NCBI GenBank assembly: GCA_963575745.1
Contig: CAUYUJ010000081.1
Coordinates: forward strand, 62,001-126,000
Length of the DNA: 64,000 nt
Direction: 5' to 3'
Source: Prorocentrum cordatum
Taxonomy: Eukaryota
Shown here: positions 50,201 through 61,469 of the stretch, piece after piece
Position numbering within the stretch: the first letter of the stretch is position 1
Layout: each line of letters starts with the position of its first letter
Position numbers and translations under genes: made by a program
Notes under the pieces: generated by a model
What the model was told of the DNA's origin: nothing
What the model saw: only the letters and a program-made list of their open reading frames with translations
The model's database searches: none

Positions 50201-51127
50201 GGGAGCGTGAAATCATTCAAGAAACAAGTTGTGTTGCAACACCTTTGTCAAAACAAGCGTTTTGGAGGTATCTTGGAGGCAATTTGGGGGGCCTCTTCGT
50301 GGGCGTCCTAGAGGCATCTTGGAGGCCTCTCGAGGGCATAACATTGAGGCAACGTTTGTGCCTCTTGAGGGCTTCCGGGAGGTCCTCTTGTGGTGCTTTT
50401 GAGGGCCTCTTGGGGTCTCTTGGGGCCTCTTGGGTCCTCTGGGGCGCCTCTTGAGGCCTCCTGGGGGGCTCATGGGGCCATTGAACTGAGCTTTCCCTCT
50501 CTGGACCCCTCTCGGGCCCGTCCTGGTGCTCTCTTGGGCCGTTTTGGGCCCTTCTTGGGCCGTCTTGCAGCCCTCTAGGGGGCCTCCTGGCCCGCCTCGG
50601 GAGCATCTTGGGCCGTCATGGACGCTGTGAGAGCCCAGGAAGCGAACATGCCAAAAGAAATACCCTTTCCTCTGGGAATGGGACGCTTGTTGTTTCTTGG
50701 AGCCCTCTTGCGGGGCCTCTTGGGGGCCTCTTGGGGCGTTTTGGAGCTTCTTGGGGCCACAATCAGCGTCTTGGAGGGCAGTCTGGTGCCGTCATACGCC
50801 GCTTTGGCGGTCTCGAAGCGCGCTTTCGGGCGATCCGAGGCCGTCTTCGGGCGATCTTGGAAGGCCCCGGCGCTCCAGCAGGGCCCCAAGCAGCCCGGTA
50901 CCCCCACTTGTGGTTCAGGTCCCGGCCCTCGCCCCCAGGGCCCGGTCCCCTGCTGTATGCACGCATTCCACTGCACGGTGCCGATCAGCGCCGCAGTGGC
51001 AAAATTCGGGCAAACTTTCATCAAGCCCATGTTGTACACTTATGTTTGGGTGTTGCCGATGCTCCCGCGCGCGTGCTCTGGGCCTCTCGCTCTGCACGCG
51101 GAACGAGAGGATGGGGGAAGGGCGCGA

Positions 51128-51395
51128 CGGTGCCCGGACAAAAAGTGTCCACACCCAGGGCGGCAAGACACTGCGACGTGATAACAACCGCAACAGCATG
51201 ACGCACTTGGCTCGCACCCCTCCCCCCCAAAACCCAAAGTTGAAGTGTCCACATTTTGTCCCTGGCGCGCGGCCTGCCGCCTAACCCCGCCAACTTTGAG
51301 TTGGGGGAAAAGGGGGGTATACATATTCGTTCGACGTGATTTGACGACGAGTTGTCTTGGTGCGACAAGTGTGGACACTTTTTGTCCGCCCACCG
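51128..51395. mobile_element. Tc1/mariner-like MITE
   Basis: Perfect 20-bp IR CGGACAAAAAGTGTCCACAC (51135-51154 / 51369-51388) inside CGGTG...CACCG ends. Confidence 0.65.
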
Positions 51396-51934
51396 GAGCG
51401 AGGGGCTGGGCGGCTGTTCAGAGGAAAGGTCGCTCGATAGACGATTGGCATTCAATATCAGTTTCCCCTCCAACCAGAATGCAGTGGCGATTCCATCGCT
51501 AATGGCGCATCGTGTGTGGATCTAGTATTATGCATTGTTCCATTATCAAGCACATGAACCTCGCGCAGTGTCTGCATGGGTGCGCTGTACATGTCCTGGG
51601 TCGAAGCTTGACATCATAGCGATGTACTGCTACATGATGAATGATGCCCACAGCTTGAAAGACGCAAATTCGACTGTCACACTACACGTGACAGCGTTGA
51701 GTTCATTAACATGCTTACATGCCACGCGCCAGTTGCAAAGCAAACGAGCTAGCCAACTGTCTACAGCTTACGCGCGGCCGCCCGAAACACATCGCGTGGA
51801 CGCGCCTGTGGCGAACTGAACCGTTTGCAACCCCTGCGCCCTGCACGTACACATTCCCCCCAACAGTGCTGGCACTTAGGGGTTCTGTCCTGTTTTCGTT
51901 GAGCATCCGTTTTGGTACCCTGGGCGTTCGCCAC

Positions 51935-52785
51935 GTGGCTGGCCCGTGCCGCCTCGTGGGCGCCTCGTGGGCGCCCCGCGCTTGGGGGGGAATGCCGAGG
52001 TTGCGCCGCGCTGCGGGCCCCTGCCGCCTCGTGGGCGGCCCGTGGGCGCCACGCGCTTCGGGGGGTATGCCGAGATTGCGCCACGCTGCCGCCCGTGCCG
52101 CCTCGTGAGCGCCTCGTGGGCGCCCCGCGCTTGGCGGATAGGCCAAGGCTGCGTCGCGTTGCTGCCCCGTGCCGCCTCGTGGGCGCCCCACAGAGCCTCC
52201 ACCGCATAGTTTACACCGCATAGCTCGTTTCACATGGCACCCCCTCTAACTGACACCGCATAGGTGAGACCTCCGCAACTCACACCACAGAGCTTACGCG
52301 ACATAGCTTTCACCACATAGCTTACACCGCATAGCTTCCACCTCCAGAGTGTAATGCCGCACTCTTTGGGGCCCACGCTGGCTAACATAGTGTATGAATA
52401 TGCACAAATTACCCCAGTGCGACCCTACCTAGAAGTTGGAACCCCTAGGAAAGCAGCATTAGTTGCTATGCTATGCTATGCTATGCCATGCTATGCTGCG
52501 CCATGCTATACTAAGCTATGCTATGCTATGCTGCGTTATGATATGCTATGCTATGCTAAGCTATGCTATGCCATGCTGCGCTGTGCCATGCTAAGCTATG
52601 CTATGCTATGCTATGCTGCGCTATGATATGCTACGTTATGCTATGCTATGCTGTGCTCTGCTATCCTAAAGCTCAGCGAAGCTAAGATGAAGGTAAGCTA
52701 AGCTAAACCTGAGCTAAGATGAAGCTAAGCTAAGCTAAGATGAAATAAGCTAAGCTAAGATGAGATAAGCAAAGCTAAGCTAAGG
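51935..52785. repeat. Satellite cluster: about 75-bp GCCTCGTGGGCGCC units, CCGCATAGCTT units, (ATGCT)n, (AAGCT)n
   Basis: Directly visible. Confidence 0.85.
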
Positions 52786-53207
52786 GGACGTAACTGGGGG
52801 AACCGCGGGGCGGATACTGGGGGAACCGCGGGGCGGACACTGGGGGAACCGCCCGGGCCGGTTCCCACTGCCCAGCCCTTTCAGCCAAGAGAATAAGAAC
52901 CCTTCTAGGCAGAGCCTAGGTAGGGAAGTAACCAGATGTGCATTGAGCCTCGCCCATCGCGACCCTGACTCGAAGGCTGACGCAACACGAGGCCCGAAAA
53001 AACGCAACTCGAAACTCTCAAGCACGGCGATTGTTTCTCAACATTTTCAGACTCGTCTTTGATGATGATGGCTGACAACCACGATAATGAACTCGGATGA
53101 GAAACAGGCGACGCACCTTCTCAACATATGTGCGAACTTGCTTGCTCGAATGGATTTGTCTGTGAAAGTGTGGCGCCCATCGCCATGTTGTAATCAAGAC
53201 TAAACCG

Positions 53208-54088
53208 AATCCCACCAGCCCTCTGGGCGTCGGTGGTTTAGAGCGTTTCCTCTTCCACCCCTCCTTCTTCCCCTTCGGGGAGGGGTTTACCCCTCCCCCT
53301 ACCCCCTCCCCACTGACCTGGACAGGGGGTTCCGCGGCGCGTTGGAGCGCCCAAGATGGCCCAAGACGGCTCCAAGAGGGCCTCAGGGAGCCCAAGATAC
53401 CCTCCAAGATGGCTCAAGATAGCGCAAGATGCCTCAAGATGGTCCCCATGATGTTCCAAGACGCTCCAAGAACTCCCCAAGACGGTTCCAAGTGCCCACA
53501 AGAGCATCATTAGGATGCATTCAAGAGGCCAACATGCTTCAAAACCCTAGGGAAAATCAATGTTCTTGGTGTTCTCAATGTTTTTGGTGTTCTCATTTTT
53601 TCGCTTGCGATGCACATCCGACGCGTCAAGATGGCTCCAAGATGGCTCAAGATAGCTCCAAGAGGGGCCCAAGAGAGCCTCAGGATGGCTCCAAGAGCGG
53701 CCACGAGCGCTCCAAGAGCGATCCAAGAGAGGTCCAGGAAGCGATTGTTGGAGCTCCTGGGGGGGGACTGTAATTAGGGAACCCCACTTCCTTGGCCGAT
53801 GTCCTCCAAAAGGCCGCAGGATGGCCCCAAGATGGCCCCAAGAGGCCCCCCAAGAGGCCCCCAGGAGGCCCCCAAGAGACCCCCAAGAGGCCCCAAGAGA
53901 CCCCCCAGAGGCACCCAAGGGGCAAAGATGGCCCCAAGAAGCGCCCAGTCCCCAAAGAGGATCCCGAACGGCCCACAGAGGCCCCCCCGAGGCACCCAAG
54001 ACGCCGAAAAGCCCCTCAGGACGACCCTCTACTCGCCTAGGCGTCGTTTCTGGACGGGCTGGTGGGGATACGCGAAGCGTCTAGAATT
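53208..54088 (+). mobile_element. Non-autonomous dispersed element with subterminal inverted repeats and 3' hairpin (Helentron/HINE-like), copy 1
   Basis: 5' AATCCCACCAGCCC (53208-53221) pairs with GGGCTGGTGGGGAT (54056-54069), followed by hairpin ACGCGAAGCGT and CTAGAATT; colinear with the copy at 60627-61462. Confidence 0.65.
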
Positions 54089-54126
54089 GAGAACTCATCT
54101 CTGTCACCCATGTTGGACAATAAACT

Positions 54127-54329
54127 CAGGGGGACGTAAGACCTGGGACAGGGGACTCGGAAATCCCCGACGAGGTCGCCAAAAAAATGACGAGGCCGAG
54201 CGTGCATTTTGACGAGGTCTCCCGCTGCAGACATCCCACGAAACTCCTCCTCGTCAAAATCCGAGGCGCGGTCGTCAAAAAACGATGGCGAACCCGAGTC
54301 CTGGCAAACCCTGGTCTTACGCTCCCCCG
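54127..54329. mobile_element. Fold-back MITE with TSD
   Basis: TIRs CAGGGGGACGTAAGACC / GGTCTTACGCTCCCCCG; internal IRs (GGACTCGG/CCGAGTCC, ATTTTGACGAGG/CCTCGTCAAAAT); ATAAAC on both flanks. Confidence 0.75.
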
Positions 54330-54862
54330 ATAAACGAAAGATGGCTGACACAAGAACATTGTATGGATATGTCAGAATTGCTCGAACAATTCGGTCGTTC
54401 CGTCAGCTGGAACAATACAGGAAGACACGATGCCTCCTCGACAACGTGCGTGTGCGGCCCACCTCTGTGCTTCATTATCTTCTGATCGATGCCTTGGCAA
54501 TCGAAACAATAACCCTGGAACTGGGAACCGCAATTGCTGCAAAATCGATCGAAAACATAGTGTCGCTGTCAAAGTCGGCTGACTTTTGAAACCTTGTATA
54601 CTAGGGTGTATGGGTTTACCGTCGCTGGCTGTCTCGATCGAACTACTCATTGGTTTGCCCAGCAGGGATCTATCAGCGCCTGGTTTGGAAGTCATGATTG
54701 GATGAACGGATAAGAAGAAAAGCATTAATACGTTCATGTGCCCAATATTGAGAACTCATGTGCTTTACATTATCTTTCACAACGAACCCGCAATCAATTT
54801 CCACACCGATCGAGAAGATTTCTTCTGTTTAGTGTCCAATATAAACATAAACATGAGCATGC

Positions 54863-55090
54863 CAGTAGGAGGTGGACGTGCTGCATGAACTTGTAGGGCT
54901 CCAGGTGCCGAATTACGTGCTGCAGATGGGGTTGCATGATAGCCCCCAACATCGGGTGTGCGACAAGTCCGTGAGCGACCACAGAATACCTCTTCCGGGC
55001 CATCCCCCAGCACCCGCCGGCGCAAAACAGAACGTCACTGCCCCCTCCCATTCCGGCGACGCCCCATGTCGCCAGAGACAGTGCAAAAAC
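54863..55090 (-). CDS. Candidate upstream exon VFALSLATWG...YSVVAHGLVAHPMLGAIMQPHLQHVIRHLEPYKFMQHVHLLL
   Basis: cctctctgcag|G acceptor and CTG|gc donor; 228 bp open, protein-like, GC3-biased. Confidence 0.45.
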
Positions 55091-56508
55091 CTGCAGAGAG
55101 GCCACTGCGTCGGGTGGGGGGGGGCGGGGCGGGCGCCTTGAGGTTACCGCCGCCAGCCCCGGATCTCCTCCGGCCGACGGCCGCACGGCGGCCGCCGCCA
55201 GAGCACCGGCAGGCACAGAGAGCCCCGCCGCGGCACTCTTACGCGGCCCGCCGCGCGCGCGCGAGTGGGCGGTACCGAGGCGGGGGCGGGCTTCGGAGAG
55301 GGCGGGGCGCCTCTTGGCGAGGCGGGGGGCTTCTCAGCAGCGCCCGGATGCTCTCAAGGAGGAGGAGGAGGAGGAGGAGGAGGAGGAGGAGGAGGAGGAG
55401 GAGGAGGAGGAGGAGGAGGAGGAGTTGGAGGAGGAGGAGGAGGAGGAGGCGGAGGAGGATGAGGAGGAGGAGGAGGAGGAGGAGGAGGAGGAGGAGAGGG
55501 GAGGGGGCGGAGGAGGAGGAGGAGGAGGAGGAGGAGGAGGAGGAGGAGGGGGAGGAGGGGGAGGGGGGAGGGGGAGGGGGAGGAGGAGGAAAGAAGGCTC
55601 CTCACAGAGGCTGGGTGGGCTTCCAACTTGCAAGGAGCCACCGACGCCTTCCCCGAAGGCCACCGCCGCTCGCGCCGCCCCCCGGCGCGCGCCGCCCCAG
55701 GCGGGTCGGGCGCAAGCTGGGCCGCCTGGCTGCGCACACCGCGCCCAGGGGTGCGCGCAGCGGGGTTCTCCTCCCGCACTCTCGCCGCCCCCCCCCCCCC
55801 TGGGGACGCCCTAAGTGCGACGCGCGAGGCAGGATGATCCCCGAGCACCCGCGGGCGCTCCCGGAGAAGGGAGGGGATGCCAAGAGGGGATTCGCAAGTC
55901 AGCTGTGCGCCGCTGGTCTTCCGGGCGCCTGCGGCCGCCAGAGGCGGCCACGTGCATCGAGGAAGGCGCCTGGCGGCCGGGCCGAAACCAGCTGCACGCA
56001 GCAGATTAGGAGCTCCCTCTTTTATCCGACGGGCCCCGAACTTAATCGCATTCCCAGAGTCCTTACGGCATGTTCGCATGCAAAATCGTGGGTGTTCGTT
56101 TCTGACACCGCGTGGATCGTTCAACCTTGAACGATCGCGGCTTTCCTGTAGCGCAGAATCGCTCGATATCGGCCGATCCTGAGCAACAATCGGCGTTGAA
56201 CCTTTAACGCTCGCGCTGGATGTGGCGCCGCGTCGACGCAGTGCGAACCTACTGTGCGTGCTGAAACATCGCGACGGATTTGTTTCGCCAGCCCCCGCAT
56301 CCCGGGGGGGCCATTTCCGTGCCCAGGGACCATGAACCAACGACTGACGAGCCATCACAAAGTCGAGCTGCCGATGCCGAGAACCCACGAGTCGGGGCGT
56401 CGAGGGAATGCATCGATCAGAACCCCAGGCCCCACCGCCAGCCCCAAGGGGCCGTTGCGGCAGCGAGCCTGGAGGGCCTGCCCTGCGCCCCCTGCGCCCC
56501 CGGGTCTC

Positions 56509-56695
56509 CGTGGTCAGATGGAGGCGTGCTGCTTCCCAGCTCGGCTCCAAATCGTCGAGGCGGTCGGGGCGGGAGGCGGGATCTGGCTGGCGAAGAATCT
56601 CAACTTGTCTGACCCCTGGCTGCCAGATCCAAGCCTCGGCACCCTCGTAAAACCGGCCCCGGCGCGGGGAGCCCCGCAGAATGGAGCGCTGGAGC
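56509..56695 (-). CDS. Candidate upstream exon LQRSILRGSPRRGRFYEGAEAWIWQPG...SWEAARLHLTT
   Basis: ctccag|G acceptor; donor uncertain (ACG|ga); unique island. Confidence 0.3.
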
Positions 56696-57823
56696 CTGGA
56701 GCTCGGGAGCACGGGACGTCGCGTGCTCACCGCAGGGAAGATACCAAAGTGCAGGATGGCTGCGAGGCTTGGACGAAGCGGTGCATGTTACCCATGTTGT
56801 TATCCAGCAATGTCGGCTGGAAACGCCCCAGCCGATTTGTTGATGAATTGCATCCCGGATGCGACGCTGCTTTCGCCATTCGACGGCGAGTGTAACTGAT
56901 ACCGCGGACTCGTGCTCTAAGCAACAATATGAGATCGTGCAGAACGGCCAGATGGCTGCCACTTTTGACAGAATGCTTACTTACTTACCCCAGGCAACCT
57001 CCAAGATCTGCAAAAGACTTGAAAGAGGCTTCCAAGAGACCCCCGAGGGGCTTTCCAAGAGGCCCCACGACGCCTCCTGCCCAAGACCCAGGCACAGTGG
57101 CGGGACAGGCCGAATGCAATTTGAGATTTGCCCGCTCCACACCTCCCAAGCGCCGCGACGATCCAGCCTGAACTCCGCTTCCTTCGGACACGCGCACAAC
57201 GCACCCGCTGTAGCCGCTACCTGAACTTGTCAACCAGGGCCGCATCGTTTGGCAGAGTACGGATCTACGTTCTCCGTCTCTCCTGGGCGAAGTCCTGCCT
57301 CGGGTGGTCGTCCGCGCCTCGCGGGCGTAAACTTCTGAGACGACTGTGCGCTGCGCGGCGTGGTAAACTGCCCGCGGGAGCTTCACTCCTTGAGCCATTC
57401 GCCCTCAGTGCCTCAGCCCTTTTCAAGCTCACCAGGCCACTGAAACGACAATATCTGTAATCATCGCAGTGTTGCGACCCGGTGGCGCTCGTAGCGAACA
57501 AACCAACACTCCTGGTGAGGAACGCATCTGTGCACGGGGCTCTACCTGGTATCCGCGAGCGTCGAATCCAGGTCCTCCGGCGTCGTGTACAGTCAAGCTG
57601 CTACAGGACGGACAACTAACGGTTCATGCCAGAGCTGTGTGGGCTATCACACGATGCGTGGAATGAGTTAGGGAGGAGGAGTCTGAGATGCAGTGGTGGG
57701 TCCTGAGTTCAGTGTGCTGCACATGCATGCTGTTTGTTTCCCACCCCTGCGGATGCAGCGACAACTCAGACTCTCGGAGGCCTGGAAATGGGCATCGATG
57801 CATCGACACCAAGACAGGGGCGT

Positions 57824-58082
57824 TGCCTCCACGGAGGGAAGCTGACCCTAGACTGCGGTGTCGGTGGCAACCTTTCGACCACCTTGGGAGCCAGCACATC
57901 ACCACCGTCGCCGAGACCGGGAGCTTCTTCCCTCGGTGGAGGCACACCGCCGACCTTGGCGGGGGGGTGCCTCCACAGAGGGAAGCTGACACCTAGACTG
58001 CGGTGTCGGTGGCAACCTTTCGACCACCCTGGGAGCCAGCACACCACCGCCATCGCCGAGACCGGGAGCCTCTTCCCTCGGT
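57824..58082 (+). repeat. Two near-identical tandem units (period about 144 bp); the first is bounded by inverted repeats
   Basis: TGCCTCCAC.GAGGGAAGCTGAC...GAGACCGGGAGC.TCTTCCCTCGGT occurs twice. Confidence 0.85.
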
Positions 58083-58662
58083 TCGGGTCGGGCGAAAGGG
58101 GGGGATAGCAAAAGGGGGGGGGGTTGAGAATCAGCTCACGTATAGCTGACTTTCCCGGCGCCTCCCAGCGCCGGGAGGCGCCCATTTATCGAGGAATGGG
58201 CCCCTCGGCGGGGCCGAAACCAGCTGCATGCAGCAGATTTCGTAACCCCCCCTCTCCCCATCCCCCCCCTTCCGCCCGGCCCGATCGGTGGGGGCACGCC
58301 GCCGCTCTTGGCGGGGGGTGCCCACCGCCGAGGCCTGCGAGAGGCCCTCCCGAGGCGGGGGGCCGCGCGCCCCCGCGCGCCCGCCCTCTCGGAAGACCGC
58401 CCCCTCGATGTGGCCCGGAGAGGGCGGGCCCGCCTGCCTGCCGGCCTGCCTCGGAGGGACACACGAGGAAATAGACACCCAGAGACACAGATCCCATGGC
58501 TTCACCATATTTTCCATGTCTTCCCCCTCGCCTCCCATGTCTTCTGGATGTTCGTCTTCCCCCCCCGCTTCTCATATTTTCCCTTTTTTGTCCTGGGAGT
58601 CGGCGATTGATTGTGCCTGTGTGCTTTTTTTCCCCCTGAATGTCTGTCTGTCCGCCTGTCTC

Positions 58663-58695
<33 letters not shown>

Positions 58696-60290
58696 GTCCG
58701 ACTAACTTTCTTTCGGCTCACCAAAAAAACGCCCTGGTGCGCCAGGAGCGCTTGCGGAACAGCCGTTGAAAAGGCCCCAAGAAGCAGCAGCCCCCTTCCG
58801 AACTCGAACAATTCGTCTTTTGTTCCAGGGTCTCAGCTAGGGAATCGAACTCTATACACCGACGCTTCTTCCAGCCCTGCATTAGCATTTGCACTCGAGA
58901 GCGGATCCTGGTGTATACGGGACCCTGGTGTATACATGTTTCGTTGCTTCCCCGGGACGTCGGGGGAAAAAATATACACCACGCCACCTCGGCGTCGCCC
59001 TCGACCCTCAAGAGATCCTGGGATGGAACGACAGCCCGCCACCGGCAAGGCACCTGCTCCAGCTTCCGATCACAGCTGTGCTCGCTTCCCCAGCTCGCGT
59101 CGGCGCGCTGCCCCCCGGGGAGCGCTCTCGACTCCGTTTCCCGTGGGCCCGCTCTTCGCCCTCGGCGGCCGCCGGACACCGAGCACCGCGGCTCCCCCGC
59201 GCCCACCCCGGGGGGGGGGGGGGCCTTCCGACCAGGGCCTCGGGGCGCCTCCGCCCGTGGCGGCGAGGGAAGAGCCGCGCTCGGCGGCAGCATCGGCAGC
59301 TTCGGCAGAAGGCCCCCCCCCGGGAACGCCCGAGCTTCTCGAGGAGACCGCGCCGCCGCGGAAACCAACAAAGGCAGGAGGGGCCGACCCCGGAGGGGGG
59401 AGGAGAGCACACGACCTGGACATCGGCGACGACGGGCCCCCGATGGCGAAACCGCACGGTCCTGGGCTCAGGTCGGACATGCCCTCCAATGGGCGGCTTT
59501 TGAACGAAGCTGATTTTCAAACTAGAGAAACACTCAAAAAATGTAGCAACATGGTCAAACAATCGCCCCCAGACCATGTTTTGACTACGTTTGAATACTC
59601 AAGCCGAAGAAATACGGAAGAAATGCTGAAGATCTTCTCTTAAAGAACTAAAGAACTATTCAAACATACCATGCAATGGTCAAACAATCGTCCCCAGACC
59701 TTGTTTTGACTACGTTTGCATACTCCTCCTGCAGAGGGACACGCCCGACTTAAATCCTGGGCGGGGGACCAGAGGTACCGAGGCGGTCCCGCTCGGCGAC
59801 GCAGGGGCGCCATGGGGGTCGGTGCCTCCTTCCCCTGGGGCCGCCAAGCCGCCCCCCCTGCCCCCAATGCCGTGGCCCCTGGGCCAGGCACCCCCCACTC
59901 CTCCTCCTCCTCCTCCTCCTCCTCCTCCTCCTCCTCCTCCTCCTCCTCCTCCTCCTCCTCCTCCTCCTCCTCCTCCTCCTCCTCCTCCTCCTCCTCCTCC
60001 TCCTCCTCCTCCTCCTCCTCCTCCCTCTCTCCTCCTCCTCCTCCTCCTCCTCCTCCTCCTCCTCCTCCTCCTCCTCCTCCTCCTCCACCCTTCCTCCTCC
60101 TCCTCCTCCTCCTCCTCCTCCTTTTCCTCCTCCTCCTCCTCCCCCTCCTCCTCCCCCTCTTCCTCCTCCTCCCCCCTTTCCTGCCATGGTGCGGCGGCGC
60201 GCCCGGGGGGGGGGAAGCGAGGCGGGGCAGGGCTGTCTCAGAAGGCGGCGGGGTTTCTCAGAAGCCCTCTGGCGGCCTTCCCGACGACGC

Positions 60291-60337
<47 letters not shown>

Positions 60338-60626
60338 ACGGCGACGACGACGACGGTGGCGGTGGCGGCGGCAATCCCAAGGGGGGGGGGAAGCGTCGGT
60401 ATACTGTCAACCCGGATGGCAAGGAGGAGCAACTCTCCAAGGTTACCCTTTGCATCCTTCCCCTTCGGCCCCTCCAGCCCGACCCCTCTGACTTCCCGTT
60501 TGGTGGCAACTCATGTGGGCCCCGGATATTACCTTGCTGGCTAGCAAATCAACGCTGACCGACGCTAACCGGCGCTAGTCGACGCTAATCGACGCTGAAT
60601 CGACGCTAAACTGGCGCTTTCCCGTC

Positions 60627-61462
60627 AATCCCACCAGCCCTCTGGGCGTCGGTGGTTTAGAGCATTTCCTCTTCCACCCCTCCTTGTTCCCCTTCGGGGA
60701 GGGGTTTACCCCTCCCCCTACCCCCTCCCCACTGGCGTTGGAGCGCCCAAGATGGCCCAAGACGGCTCCAAGAGGGCCTCAGGGAGCCCAAGATACCCTC
60801 CAAGATGGCTCAAGATAGCGCAAGATGCCTCAAGATGGTCCCCATGATGTTCCAAGACGTTCCAAGAACTCTCCAAGACGGTTCCAAGTGCCCACAAGAG
60901 CATCATTAGGATGCATCCAAGAGGCCAAAATGCTTCAAAACCCAAGGGAAAATCAATGTTTTTGGTGTTCTCACTTTTTCGCTTGCGATGCACATCCGAG
61001 GCGTCAAGATGGCTCCAAGATGGCTCAAGATAGCTCCACGAAGGGCCCAAGAAAGCCCCATGACGGCGCCAAGAGCGCCGAAAAACATTCCAAGAGTGGT
61101 CCCAGAGCGGTACAGGAGACGATTTTTGGAGTTCCTGGGGGGGGGGGCTCTAATTAAGGAACCCTACTTCCTTGACCGATGTCCCCCAAGAGGCCCCCAG
61201 GAGGCCCCCAAGAGACCCCCAAGAGGCTCCAAGAGACCCCCCAGAGGCACCCAAGGAGCGCCCAGGAGGCCCCAAGAAGCGCCCAGGAGGCCCCCAAAGG
61301 CCCCAAGATGGCCCCAAGAGGCCCCAAGAGACCCCCAGGAGGCCCCAAAAAGGATCCCGAACGGCCCGCAGAGGCCCCCGCGAGGCACCCAGGACGCCGA
61401 AAAGCCCCTAAGGACGACCCTCTACTCGCCTGGGCGTCGTTTCTGGACGGGCTGGTGGGGAT
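60627..61462 (+). mobile_element. Same element, copy 2 (3' hairpin missing)
   Basis: Colinear and highly similar to 53208-54069. Confidence 0.7.
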
Positions 61463-61469
61463 ATTTTTT

